From Escherichia phage vB_EcoS_fFiEco03: a stretch of 43,947 nucleotides of DNA. The number at the start of each line of letters is the position of its first letter. Positions within the stretch are counted from its first letter, which is position 1. Under the pieces are notes generated by a model. The model was not told where the DNA came from. It saw only the letters and a list, made by a program, of their open reading frames with translations, and made no database searches. Shown here piece by piece: positions 1 to 8,334 of this stretch. The position numbers and the translations under genes are program-made. The stretch is from the sequence record NC_073315.1; one strand, written 5' to 3'.

Positions 1-1251
1 ATGAGTATTCAGCTATCCGCTCCTCAGGCGCTGTTCCTGAACTGCGATAACAAATACAAGGCCTATGTCGGTGGCTTCGGTAGCGGTAAGACGTTTGTTG
101 GCTGTCTGGACCTGCTTACATTCATGCTTAAGCACCCCGGTACGCGCCTTGGTTACTTCGGCCCGACCTACCCGGCTATCCGCGACATCTTCTACCCGAC
201 ATTCGAGGAAGCTGCTAACCTCCTGGGCCTTGATGTGCTGGTTAAATCTGGCGACAAAGAAGTCGTTGTTACCCGCGGTAAGACGGTGCTCGGTACGGTT
301 ATCTGCCGTTCGATGGATAACCCCGGCTCGATAGTTGGTTTCAAAATCGCTGCGGCGGTCGTGGATGAGTTGGATGTGCTTAGTCGTGAGAAAGCTGAAC
401 TGGCGTGGAACAAAATCGTCGCCCGTATGCGTCTGGTTATCCCTGGCGTAACCAACCACATCTCTGTAACCACGACGCCGGAGGGATTCAAGTTCGTCTA
501 TACCAAGTTCAAAGAGAACCCTACTCCGAGTTACTCAATGGTGCAGGCTTCTACACACGAGAATGCGCGATTCCTACCGCCTGACTACATTAGCTCACTG
601 ACCGAGACTTACCCCGCGCAACTGATTAACGCGTATCTGAACGGCGAGTTCGTCAACCTGACCTCCGGCAGCGTGTATTACGCCTATGACCGCCGTAAGC
701 ACCGCAGCAAAGAGACAATTCAACCGGGCGACACGCTGTACATCGGGCAGGACTTCAACGTTACGAAGAACGCCAGCGCCGTGTATGTGCAACGTAAAGA
801 CGGCTGGCACGCGGTGGCAGAACTGAAAGGTCTGTTCGATACGCCGGATACCGTGCGCGTAATTACAGAGAAGTGGAAGTCACAAGGCCACCGCATCGTC
901 GTTTACCCCGACGCCAGCGGCAAGAATCGCAAAACCAACTCGGCGTCAATCTCTGATATTGCATTACTCCAGCAGGCGGGGTTTGATGTTCGCGCTAAAT
1001 CCGCCAACCCGCCGGTTAAAGACCGTGTTTTAGCGGTGAATACCGCACTGGAAAAAGGTAAGCTGTGGGTTAACGACCACTTATGCCCCGAGATAGCGAA
1101 GACGCTGGAGCAGCAGGCATACGACGATAATGGAGAGCCAGCTAAAGACGGCGTAATCGACCATATGGCGGATGCCCTCGGCTATCCTGTAGTTTACGAG
1201 ATGCCGGTGGTTAAACCCGTAATCAACATCCCGGTGACTTTCGCACTTTAA
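1..1251 (+). CDS. terL: Terminase large subunit
   Basis: 416-aa ORF at window start; N-terminal Walker A-like motif GGFGSGKT; followed directly by the portal gene (terL-portal synteny). Confidence 0.9.
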   Translation: MSIQLSAPQALFLNCDNKYKAYVGGFGSGKTFVGCLDLLTFMLKHPGTRLGYFGPTYPAIRDIFYPTFEEAANLLGLDVLVKSGDKEVVVTRGKTVLGTVICRSMDNPGSIVGFKIAAAVVDELDVLSREKAELAWNKIVARMRLVIPGVTNHISVTTTPEGFKFVYTKFKENPTPSYSMVQASTHENARFLPPDYISSLTETYPAQLINAYLNGEFVNLTSGSVYYAYDRRKHRSKETIQPGDTLYIGQDFNVTKNASAVYVQRKDGWHAVAELKGLFDTPDTVRVITEKWKSQGHRIVVYPDASGKNRKTNSASISDIALLQQAGFDVRAKSANPPVKDRVLAVNTALEKGKLWVNDHLCPEIAKTLEQQAYDDNGEPAKDGVIDHMADALGYPVVYEMPVVKPVINIPVTFAL

Positions 1252-1263
1252 GAGGATTATTCA

Positions 1264-2745
1264 ATGTTAACTATGAACGGTCAGAATCAGGGTGTTAAGA
1301 CAAAACACCGGGAATGGCTGCATCACTTTGATAAATGGCAGAAGGTGCGCCATGCGCTGGAAGGCGACCTTATCCGTTACCTGCGTAACGTCGGGAAGAA
1401 CGAGCCTGACCCGACTTACGCCGCCCAACGCCAGGAGGAATACGAGAACGGCGCTATCTGCTACAACTTCACCAAGCGCACCCTGTCGGGTATGGTCGGC
1501 TCAGTTATGAGAAAAGACCCTGAGCAGATTATTCCTCGTGAACTGGAGTATCTGTTACGCAATGCCGACGGTTCTGGTGTTGGCCTGTGGCAGCACGCGC
1601 AGGATACGCTGATGGAGATTGACTCAGTAGGCCGTGGTGGTTTGCTGGTTGACGCCCCGGAAACAGCCGCAGCAACGGCAGCCGAACAGAACGCCGGATT
1701 ATTAAACCCGGTCATCGCATTCTACACCGCAGAGAACATCATCAACTGGCGACTCACTCGCGTAGGCTCGGTTAACCGCGTCACGATGGTAGTGCTGCGC
1801 GAGGTATGGGAGTATTCAGAACCTGGTGCGGAGTTTGAAACCAAATTCGGCGAACAATACCGCGTTCTCGACTTGACTGATGGCCGCTACCGCCAGCGCA
1901 TATACCGTTTCGATGCCGAAGGTGGTGCGCAGGGTGATGTAAAAGAAATCTTCCCGGAACTGGGCGAACAGTTGCGCGGAAAAATCCCATTCACGTTTAT
2001 TGGTGCGAGTAATAACGACGCGACGGTTGATGACGCACCTTTGCTGCCGTTGGCAGAACTCAATATCGGACATTTCCGCAACAGCGCAGACAATGAGGAA
2101 TCTAGCTTCGTCGTAGGTCAGCCTACCCTGTTTATCGCCCCAGGCGAGAATATGAGCATGGAGCAGTGGAAAGAGGCCAACCCTCACGGCGTGCGCATGG
2201 GTTCGCGTTCAGGCCACAACATCGGCTACGGCGGCAATGCGTTTCTGGTTCAGGCGGGAGAGAACAACCTCGCCAAGCAGAACATGCTGGATAAAGAGAA
2301 TCAGGCCATTCAGATTGGTGCGCAGCTTATCACCCCGACGCAGCAAATCACCGCCGAATCCGCCCGCCTGCAACGTGGTGCTGACACGTCAGTTATGGCG
2401 ACAATCGCACGTAACGTAAGCATGGCGTATACCGATGCGTTGCGCTGGGTAGCGGCGATGCTAGGGTTGCGTGAAGGCACAGAGATTGAGTTCAAACTTA
2501 ACATGGAGTTCTTCCTGCAACCGATGACCGCTCAGGACCGCGCTCAGTGGATGGCGGACATTAATGCCGGTCTGCTGCCAGCGACCGCTTACTACGCCGC
2601 GTTGCGTAAAGCAGGGGTGACTGACTGGACCGACGAGGATATTCAGAACGCTATTGAGGACGCACCTCTGCCGTTAGGTGCTGTTACTCAGGTGGCAGGA
2701 GAGATTCCGCAGTCGGCGCAGCAACAAGATGTCACTCAGCAGTAA
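1264..2745 (+). CDS. Portal protein
   Basis: 493-aa ORF immediately downstream of terL with AGAGGA RBS about 7 nt upstream; size and position typical of a siphovirus portal. Confidence 0.8.
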   Translation: MLTMNGQNQGVKTKHREWLHHFDKWQKVRHALEGDLIRYLRNVGKNEPDPTYAAQRQEEYENGAICYNFTKRTLSGMVGSVMRKDPEQIIPRELEYLLRNADGSGVGLWQHAQDTLMEIDSVGRGGLLVDAPETAAATAAEQNAGLLNPVIAFYTAENIINWRLTRVGSVNRVTMVVLREVWEYSEPGAEFETKFGEQYRVLDLTDGRYRQRIYRFDAEGGAQGDVKEIFPELGEQLRGKIPFTFIGASNNDATVDDAPLLPLAELNIGHFRNSADNEESSFVVGQPTLFIAPGENMSMEQWKEANPHGVRMGSRSGHNIGYGGNAFLVQAGENNLAKQNMLDKENQAIQIGAQLITPTQQITAESARLQRGADTSVMATIARNVSMAYTDALRWVAAMLGLREGTEIEFKLNMEFFLQPMTAQDRAQWMADINAGLLPATAYYAALRKAGVTDWTDEDIQNAIEDAPLPLGAVTQVAGEIPQSAQQQDVTQQ

Positions 2746-2754
2746 GTTCACATA

Positions 2755-2777
2755 TAGCCCCGAAAGGGGCTTTCTTA
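2755..2777 (+). terminator. Weak intrinsic terminator or attenuator hairpin after portal
   Basis: AGCCCC-GAAA-GGGGCT hairpin followed by TTCTTAT. Confidence 0.35.
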
Positions 2778-2781
2778 TAGT

Positions 2782-3858
2782 ATGCTATTAACTTTAGCGC
2801 CACAGGGTTTATCTATGAGCTTACTTACATCTCTAATCAGCCACCAGATATGGCTGCAACGCACTGCATCCGGTGAGGTGAAAGACCTCGCGCCGTTCAT
2901 TAAGGAGATGCGGGACGAAATAAAACGGCAGGTGCTGTTATTCGGTGACGACGGGCGGAGCACTGCGCGACTGAATAAACTGTTACTCGACCTTGAAGAA
3001 GCACTGACGTGGCTTACAGGTGACTGGCAAACAAAGCTGACAGAAGACCTTAAGGAACTGGCCGCATATGAGGCTGAGTGGAACGTAAAAACACTGACCG
3101 CCAACGTTGACGCGGAATTTGTTACGCCTACCGCCGAACAGGTGTGGGCTGCTGCCGAGTTTCAGCCGCTGTCGTTAAGCGACAAGCCCGTCGATTTCAC
3201 TAAGCTGATGGCAGGCTGGGGTGAAACGGAGGCCGCGCGCCTCGTAACCGGCGTTAAGATGGGGTTTGTTCAGGGCCAAACCACACGGCAGATTGTTAAA
3301 AATGTCGTAGGCGCTGGTGGGCTGGCGGACATCTCTGAACGCAACGCGGCTACGGTAATCCGCACCGCGCTGTCTCACGTATCCAACGAAGCCCGCAACG
3401 AGACATACCGCCAGAACGACGACATCATCGAGAAATACGAGTGGGTGTCAACGCTGGACAGCCGCACCAGCACGATTTGCAGGGCCAGAGACGGAATGAC
3501 GTGGGAAATTGGTAAAGGGCCGATGCCACCCGCGCATCCTAATTGCCGAAGCACCACCGCGCCTGTAATCAGTTCGGAGTTCGACTTCCTCGATAAAGGC
3601 GCAAAACGCGCGGCTAAGGGTGCGGACGGCGGTACTCAGGTAAGTGCAGACACCACCTATTACGAGTTCCTTAAACAACAACCGGCGTGGTTTCAGGATG
3701 AAGCATTAGGGCCAGTTCGCGGTAAGATTTTCCGTAACAGCGGTATATCGCCGGAAGAGTTTCGCGTAATATCTGTAGATGGTTTCGGGAATCCGCTCAC
3801 GCTTAAGCAGATGGCGGAACTCGATAAACGTGTTGCTGATTATCTGAAAGGGGATTAA
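2782..3858 (+). CDS. Head morphogenesis protein (SPP1 gp7 / Mu F-like minor head protein)
   Basis: 358-aa ORF in the terL-portal-morphogenesis order. No clear SD at 2782, and an alternative ATG lies at 2815, so the start is uncertain. Confidence 0.7.
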   Translation: MLLTLAPQGLSMSLLTSLISHQIWLQRTASGEVKDLAPFIKEMRDEIKRQVLLFGDDGRSTARLNKLLLDLEEALTWLTGDWQTKLTEDLKELAAYEAEWNVKTLTANVDAEFVTPTAEQVWAAAEFQPLSLSDKPVDFTKLMAGWGETEAARLVTGVKMGFVQGQTTRQIVKNVVGAGGLADISERNAATVIRTALSHVSNEARNETYRQNDDIIEKYEWVSTLDSRTSTICRARDGMTWEIGKGPMPPAHPNCRSTTAPVISSEFDFLDKGAKRAAKGADGGTQVSADTTYYEFLKQQPAWFQDEALGPVRGKIFRNSGISPEEFRVISVDGFGNPLTLKQMAELDKRVADYLKGD

Positions 3859-4319
3859 TGATGGGCTTTTTCAAAGTAACTGATGTACCCGCGCGCCGCG
3901 TAGTCCAGTACGCCCGTGTGTCTGGCTCCGGCGAGAATGTGGTGTTTATTGAAGATGAAAGTGTACTAGGTACACCGGTAGACGATATGCCGTTCGCAGA
4001 TAAAACCGGTATTGCGCTACCGGCGGCGGGCATGCTTTACGAGATTCCGTATCTGGCAGACGCTGGTGACGTGTATTTCTCTGTGCAACCGAAAGACACC
4101 GAGCTGGTCGACGGTAGCACCACCATCACCGTCGAAGTTAAGGCAGGTAAAGCGCCGTATGTACTGACCTGGTACAAAGACGGGAAGGAAGTGGTGAACG
4201 CCCCGGAAGAGGCTCTGTCTCTGACTGTTAATGCGGCTGGTGAATACTTCGTTAAAGTTACTGATGCTGATGGGGTAGAGGCGGTAAGCAAGGCGGCGAA
4301 GGTTACTAAGCCAGAATGA
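3858..4319 (+). CDS. Hypothetical virion protein with C-terminal Ig-like domain
   Basis: 153 aa; ATG overlaps the upstream stop (TAATGATG); C-terminal segment resembles the Ig-like fold motif also seen in ORF 7948..8298 (PY..W.KD). Confidence 0.45.
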   Translation: MMGFFKVTDVPARRVVQYARVSGSGENVVFIEDESVLGTPVDDMPFADKTGIALPAAGMLYEIPYLADAGDVYFSVQPKDTELVDGSTTITVEVKAGKAPYVLTWYKDGKEVVNAPEEALSLTVNAAGEYFVKVTDADGVEAVSKAAKVTKPE

Positions 4320-4323
4320 TAAA

Positions 4324-4353
4324 AGGCCCCGTTAAGGGGCCTTAGTTTTATTT
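4324..4353. terminator. Bidirectional intrinsic terminator at convergent gene ends
   Basis: AGGCCCC-GTTAA-GGGGCCT stem-loop followed by TAGTTTTATTT; lies between the + gene ending 4319 and the - gene ending 4348. Confidence 0.6.
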
Positions 4354-4869
4354 AAATCGCGCTGGCATTAGCACCATAAATGCAGTGTTTGAAAACGATA
4401 TTTTGCATCCTCTGGTTTGGTCCTGGAAATCGAAACGAGCAATTTCATTTTTGTATGCCTTAGAAATCTTGTGCGCGTCTGCCAAGTAGGGCATGGTAAA
4501 TCCTATGCTATCAACTGCCCCCGGCGTGATGTGCGCCACACGTCGCCAGTCAGGAAATTTTCCGTCTACAACATCCACCGGAAGTGTACATATAAGCGCA
4601 CGACTATCGTCATAGAAAGATACACTGCCGTTGTCGTGGTCTACTTCCGCGTAGTTAAATTTAGAAGGCTCTCTCCCTTTTATGTCTATGAGAGCCCCAT
4701 TCTCAACGTTTGTCTTAACATTGTCGCAGAACAATCTATGGCCGTCCGTAGACACTATCAATCCTTCCGGGTCTATGTAAAAAGCGTTCAGATAGTAGCG
4801 TACATCATTTTTAGCCCTGCAGATTTTCGCCCCTACATACGCGGGAAAAGTAATTACTGTGGCAACCAT
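4348..4869 (-). CDS. Truncated DnaN-like (beta sliding clamp-like) protein, 173 aa
   Basis: Contains DVRYYLN...TDGHRL, DGKFPDWRRV and C-terminal MVLMPARFK, matching E. coli DnaN landmarks (DVRYYLNGMLF...TDGHRL, DGRFPDYRRV, VVMPMRL) recalled from memory; AGGAG RBS and own promoter. Confidence 0.6.
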   Translation of the reverse strand: MVATVITFPAYVGAKICRAKNDVRYYLNAFYIDPEGLIVSTDGHRLFCDNVKTNVENGALIDIKGREPSKFNYAEVDHDNGSVSFYDDSRALICTLPVDVVDGKFPDWRRVAHITPGAVDSIGFTMPYLADAHKISKAYKNEIARFDFQDQTRGCKISFSNTAFMVLMPARFK

Positions 4870-4896
4870 TTTACATCTCCTGTTTAAGTTATCCGA

Positions 4897-4925
4897 ATAG
4901 TACCCTATTATGTTGGTGTCTGCAA
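4897..4925 (-). promoter_or_regulatory. Sigma70-like promoter, class I (TTGCAG-N17-TACTAT), drives the DnaN-like gene
   Basis: Read on the - strand: -35 TTGCAG, 17-nt spacer containing ATAATAGGG, -10 TACTAT. Same architecture as the promoters at 14663, 37107 and 38586. Confidence 0.55.
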
Positions 4926-4991
4926 ACTATTTGTTTACGTATTCCAGTTATTCCACTCAATTGTAAATGTTGGAATAAACTATTCGAATAG

Positions 4992-5020
4992 TTGACTTTT
5001 CACTAAAAATATGCTAAGCT
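4992..5020 (+). promoter_or_regulatory. Sigma70-like promoter, class III (TTGACT-N17-TAAGCT, extended -10 TG)
   Basis: -35 TTGACT, 17-nt spacer ending in TGC, -10 TAAGCT. Near-identical to the promoter at 36798..36826. Confidence 0.6.
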
Positions 5021-5026
5021 CCACCT

Positions 5027-5134
5027 GAGCTTGTGAAGTATGAACAAGCGACCGCGGCGCGGGCAGGTAACGGAGCGGGACGTAAGTCCTGAGTGTAGTT
5101 ACGCTGACGCGTTCGGTAGGGCCATACTCTATTG
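5027..5134 (+). ncRNA. Promoter-proximal conserved structured RNA element, copy A (candidate sRNA or cis-acting leader)
   Basis: Begins at the predicted +1 of the 4992 promoter; about 80 percent identical to 36832..36941; two hairpins conserved with compensatory changes; frame not conserved between copies; terminator follows at 5201..5228. Confidence 0.45.
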
Positions 5135-5200
5135 CTTGTGTAAAAAGTAACTGGTTTACTGAGATTACGCCGTTTCAGTGTTTAAATGATAAGGACTAGC

Positions 5201-5228
5201 GCCCCGCTTTATGGCGGGGCTTTACTTA
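5201..5228 (+). terminator. Intrinsic terminator downstream of RNA element copy A
   Basis: GCCCCGC-TTTATG-GCGGGGC 7-bp GC stem followed by TTTACTT. Confidence 0.5.
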
Positions 5229-5244
5229 TCGAGAAAGGAGAAAC

Positions 5245-5631
5245 ATGAATCTTAAAGCAACTGTCGTAGCGGGAGCATGTTTCATCATCCTGGCTTACGC
5301 ACACGGCATCTATCAGTACCGCAGCGGCTGGAACGAAGGCCGGGCGAATCTCGTTTCGCAGCAACAGCAGGAAGCACAGGCTGAGCTGGTGAAGAAAACA
5401 CAACGGCAGCAGCAGGATGAATCAAAGGCCGCCGCCGCTGACAACGAAGGCAAGACGAAATCAGAGGTGATTACCCGTGAAGTCGTTAAGTACATTAAAA
5501 CGCCTGGCCGCAGCGTGTGCACTTTCGACGATGCTCGCGTCCTGCTCAAGTCCCACGCCGTTGCCAACGCCAATTCCATCCCCGGATACGACGATGATGC
5601 AGCCGCCGTGCAAACTGGCACCGCCAAGTAG
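5245..5631 (+). CDS. i-spanin (Rz-like)
   Basis: 128 aa with N-terminal TM segment (ATVVAGACFIILAYA), Q/E-rich coiled-coil region, and an overlapping +1-frame lipoprotein ORF. Confidence 0.65.
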   Translation: MNLKATVVAGACFIILAYAHGIYQYRSGWNEGRANLVSQQQQEAQAELVKKTQRQQQDESKAAAADNEGKTKSEVITREVVKYIKTPGRSVCTFDDARVLLKSHAVANANSIPGYDDDAAAVQTGTAK

Positions 5632-5740
5632 CGACGCTGACGAGGATTTAGCTATCGACGTTCAGAACGCCGAATGCGTACGGCAATTGCGCCTGAAAGT
5701 ATTCATGTTGCAGGATTACGTGAGGAATATTCTGGAATAG
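5477..5740 (+). CDS. o-spanin (Rz1-like outer-membrane lipoprotein), overlapping the i-spanin gene in the +1 frame
   Basis: GTG start with AGAGG RBS; signal peptide ending in lipobox LASC; proline-rich mature part (SPTPLPTPIPSP). Confidence 0.6.
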   Translation: MKSLSTLKRLAAACALSTMLASCSSPTPLPTPIPSPDTTMMQPPCKLAPPSSDADEDLAIDVQNAECVRQLRLKVFMLQDYVRNILE

Positions 5741-5822
5741 TTGCCTTGCATGTTGGAATAATTTATTCTTGACATGTAAATCCGGGTGGCCCGGATTCCA
5801 ACGTCCAGGGGACATACTGACT

Positions 5823-6527
5823 ATGAATCGTTTTTTACGTTATCCGTTCCAGGAAGAAGCTGGGGCAGAAGATAAATCTGGCGGTGGCGACGCTCCAAAA
5901 ATGTTCACCGCTGAAGAAGTTCAGGCGCTGATTGAGAAAGAAGTTGCCGGACTTAAGGCCAATCAGGAAGCATTGCTGGCGGAGAAGAAAGAAGCTGCCC
6001 GTAAAGCAAAAGAGGCCGAAGAGGAACGTCAGCGCGCGCACCAGGAGGCGCTAAAAGCCGCCGGTAAGATGGACGAGTTCGAAAAGACGATTCGTAGCCA
6101 GTATGACCCGGTGTTAGCCGAGAAAGATGGTCGCATCTCCAAAATGGCAGAGCGCATCCTCGGCAGCGAACGTAAAGCGGTGTTAGGCTCTTTCGCAGGT
6201 GATTTCATCACACCGGAAGCAGTAGACATTCTTGCTCCGTTCGTTAAGACTGAGTTTGAAGGCGATGACGTGGTTACTAAGTTTGTTGGTGCAGACGGCA
6301 ACGTAATCACAACTGACCCGGAACAGTTCCGCAAGTACCTGCGCGAACACAAAGCGTTTTCGCATTTGATTAAAGCAAATGCAGCTTCCGGCGGCGGGGC
6401 TTCCGGTAGCAAAGGCGGCGGGGCCGCACCAGCGTTTAAAGACATGAGTGAAGCGGAGCGTATCGCTCTGTACGAATCGAACCCTGCCGAATTTGAACGG
6501 CAACTTAAAGCCCTGAGGAAAAAATAA
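5823..6527 (+). CDS. Scaffolding protein (putative)
   Basis: About 234 aa, highly charged and coiled-coil-rich (AEKKEAARKAKEAEEERQRAHQE), immediately upstream of and stop/start-overlapping the major capsid gene. Confidence 0.6.
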   Translation: MNRFLRYPFQEEAGAEDKSGGGDAPKMFTAEEVQALIEKEVAGLKANQEALLAEKKEAARKAKEAEEERQRAHQEALKAAGKMDEFEKTIRSQYDPVLAEKDGRISKMAERILGSERKAVLGSFAGDFITPEAVDILAPFVKTEFEGDDVVTKFVGADGNVITTDPEQFRKYLREHKAFSHLIKANAASGGGASGSKGGGAAPAFKDMSEAERIALYESNPAEFERQLKALRKK

Positions 6528-7576
6528 TGGCAATTACTACTATCGGCGATATCGTAACTGGTAAAGAATCGGTAATCCTGTCCTACATGACAGAGGACCC
6601 GGTAGAGAAAACCGCGTTCTTCCAGTCCGGTATCCTTACCTCGACTCCGTACGCCGCCGCTATCGCAAACGGCCCGTCCAACAAAGCTGTTCTGCCGTAC
6701 TGGAAAGCGATTGATACCTCTATCGAACCGAACTACTCGAACGATGTGTATCAGGATGTCGCCACCCCACGTAACGTGCAAACCGGTGAGATGGATGTTC
6801 GCGTGGCTTATCTGAACGAAGGTTTCGGCCAGGCGGATTTGACTGTTGAACTGACCAGCCAGAACCCGCTGCAATCCGTAGCGTCCCGTCTGGATAACTT
6901 CTGGCAGCGTCAGGCACAACGCCGTCTGATTGCTACCGCGCTCGGTCTGTACAACGACAACGTAGCCGCTACCGACGCATACCACGAGCAGAACGACATG
7001 GTAGTGGACGTGTCCGCAACCCTGGGCTTCGACTCGGGCGCGTTCATCGACGCTACCCAGACTATGGGTGATGCGCTGATGGGCAACGGCGGTGAAGTGT
7101 TGGGCGCTATCGCGATGCACAGCTTCGTATATGCGCAGGCACGTAAACAGCAGCTTATCGACTTCATCCGCGACGCCGATAACAACACCATGTTTGCTAC
7201 TTACCAGGGCTACCGCGTGATTGTTGACGACAGCATGACCGTAGTCGGCACCGGCCCGAGCCGTAAGTTCATCTCCATCATCTTCGGTAACGGTGCTATC
7301 GGTTACGGCGAGGGCAACCCGTCTAACCCGCTGGAATACGAACGCGAAGCGTCTCGTGGTAACGGTGGTGGCGTTGAAACCCTGTGGACCCGTAAGACCT
7401 GGTTGCTGCATCCGTTTGGTTACAGCTTCACCAGCGCGGTAATCACTGGCAACGGGACCGAGACTATCGCCCGCTCTGCTTCCTGGCAGGACCTGGCGAA
7501 CGCCTCCAACTGGAACCGTGTTGTTGACCGTAAGCATGTACCTATTGCCTTCCTGGTAACTGGCGTCGGTGCTTAA
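6527..7576 (+). CDS. Major capsid protein
   Basis: 349 aa following the scaffold gene (TAATG overlap) and followed by a strong terminator; position and size typical. Confidence 0.8.
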   Translation: MAITTIGDIVTGKESVILSYMTEDPVEKTAFFQSGILTSTPYAAAIANGPSNKAVLPYWKAIDTSIEPNYSNDVYQDVATPRNVQTGEMDVRVAYLNEGFGQADLTVELTSQNPLQSVASRLDNFWQRQAQRRLIATALGLYNDNVAATDAYHEQNDMVVDVSATLGFDSGAFIDATQTMGDALMGNGGEVLGAIAMHSFVYAQARKQQLIDFIRDADNNTMFATYQGYRVIVDDSMTVVGTGPSRKFISIIFGNGAIGYGEGNPSNPLEYEREASRGNGGGVETLWTRKTWLLHPFGYSFTSAVITGNGTETIARSASWQDLANASNWNRVVDRKHVPIAFLVTGVGA

Positions 7577-7591
7577 GGTTAAGATATAATC

Positions 7592-7620
7592 GAGAGGGAC
7601 TTCGGTCCCTCTTTTCATTT
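7592..7620 (+). terminator. Intrinsic terminator after the major capsid gene
   Basis: GAGAGGGAC-TTCG-GTCCCTCTT stem-loop followed by TTCATTT. Confidence 0.7.
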
Positions 7621-7635
7621 ACTAAGAGGTAAATT

Positions 7636-7935
7636 ATGGCCAAGACCGGAAAAGGCTTGCCGCGCAGCCTTCAGAATGTCGATTTCGGCGACTTTGATAT
7701 CCCAGTCACGCCTGCTACTACCAGCGTAGTTGGTGGCGTTAAAAAGTCAGCTACTGTAGCCGCACCTGCGGCGGTTACCGCTGGTGAAGGAGCGCAGTCT
7801 GCTGACGCCCCGACTAAGACCGAGTTCGATGCCCTTGTAGCTGAGTACAACAAACTCCGAACTGATGTTACCGCGCTGCGCACTACCGTAGCAGATCTGT
7901 TGACTGCGCTTAAAAACGCAGGAACCGTAAGCTAA
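7636..7935 (+). CDS. Hypothetical head-associated protein
   Basis: 99 aa with AAGAGG RBS; Ala/Thr-rich N-terminus and coiled-coil C-terminus. Confidence 0.45.
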   Translation: MAKTGKGLPRSLQNVDFGDFDIPVTPATTSVVGGVKKSATVAAPAAVTAGEGAQSADAPTKTEFDALVAEYNKLRTDVTALRTTVADLLTALKNAGTVS

Positions 7936-7947
7936 AGGAGCTTAAAA

Positions 7948-8298
7948 ATGGTTGATGTAATCAAACGTCGTATTACCGGTGTTTCTGATGATTCTCCTGC
8001 CGATGGTCAGGTTGAAATCGATATGGCGAATATCTCGCCAGCGTCTTTTTCTACCGCGCTTGCGGCTACCACCGAAGTTACGGCGGGGGAGACTATGACT
8101 CTTACCGTAGTGGTAACTGGCGGTCTGGAGCCGTATTCCTACCAGTGGTACAAAGATAACAACGCCATCGACGGAGCCACCGCAGCTACCTATGCGAAGG
8201 CGTCCACTACTACCGCAGATTCAGGCCCGTATAAAGTGGTTGTTCACGATGTGTATGGTAATATTATCTCCAGCAGCACCGTAGCAACTGTGTCTTAA
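7948..8298 (+). CDS. Ig-like domain protein (possible head decoration)
   Basis: 116 aa with AAAGGAG RBS; Ig-like signature (LEPYSYQWYKD...ADSGPYKVVV). Confidence 0.45.
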   Translation: MVDVIKRRITGVSDDSPADGQVEIDMANISPASFSTALAATTEVTAGETMTLTVVVTGGLEPYSYQWYKDNNAIDGATAATYAKASTTTADSGPYKVVVHDVYGNIISSSTVATVS

Positions 8299-8334
8299 TA
8301 CAACGGCCCTTCGGGGCCGTAATAAGGAAAGGTC

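Noticed and set aside
5040-5150. 36-codon ORF (MNKRPRRGQ...) inside RNA element copy A
   Set aside because: No SD; the paralogous copy B has no start codon and a 1-nt indel shifts the frame, so conservation is at the nucleotide and structure level, not the protein level.
6029-7618. 529-aa ORF on the - strand
   Set aside because: Lies entirely antisense to the scaffold and major capsid genes, has no RBS, and has low-complexity Arg/Val-rich composition typical of shadow ORFs in GC-balanced coding DNA.
8301-8322. GC hairpin CGGCCC-TTCG-GGGCCG after ORF 7948..8298
   Set aside because: Not followed by a U-rich tract on either strand, so not called as an intrinsic terminator; may still be an RNA stability element.
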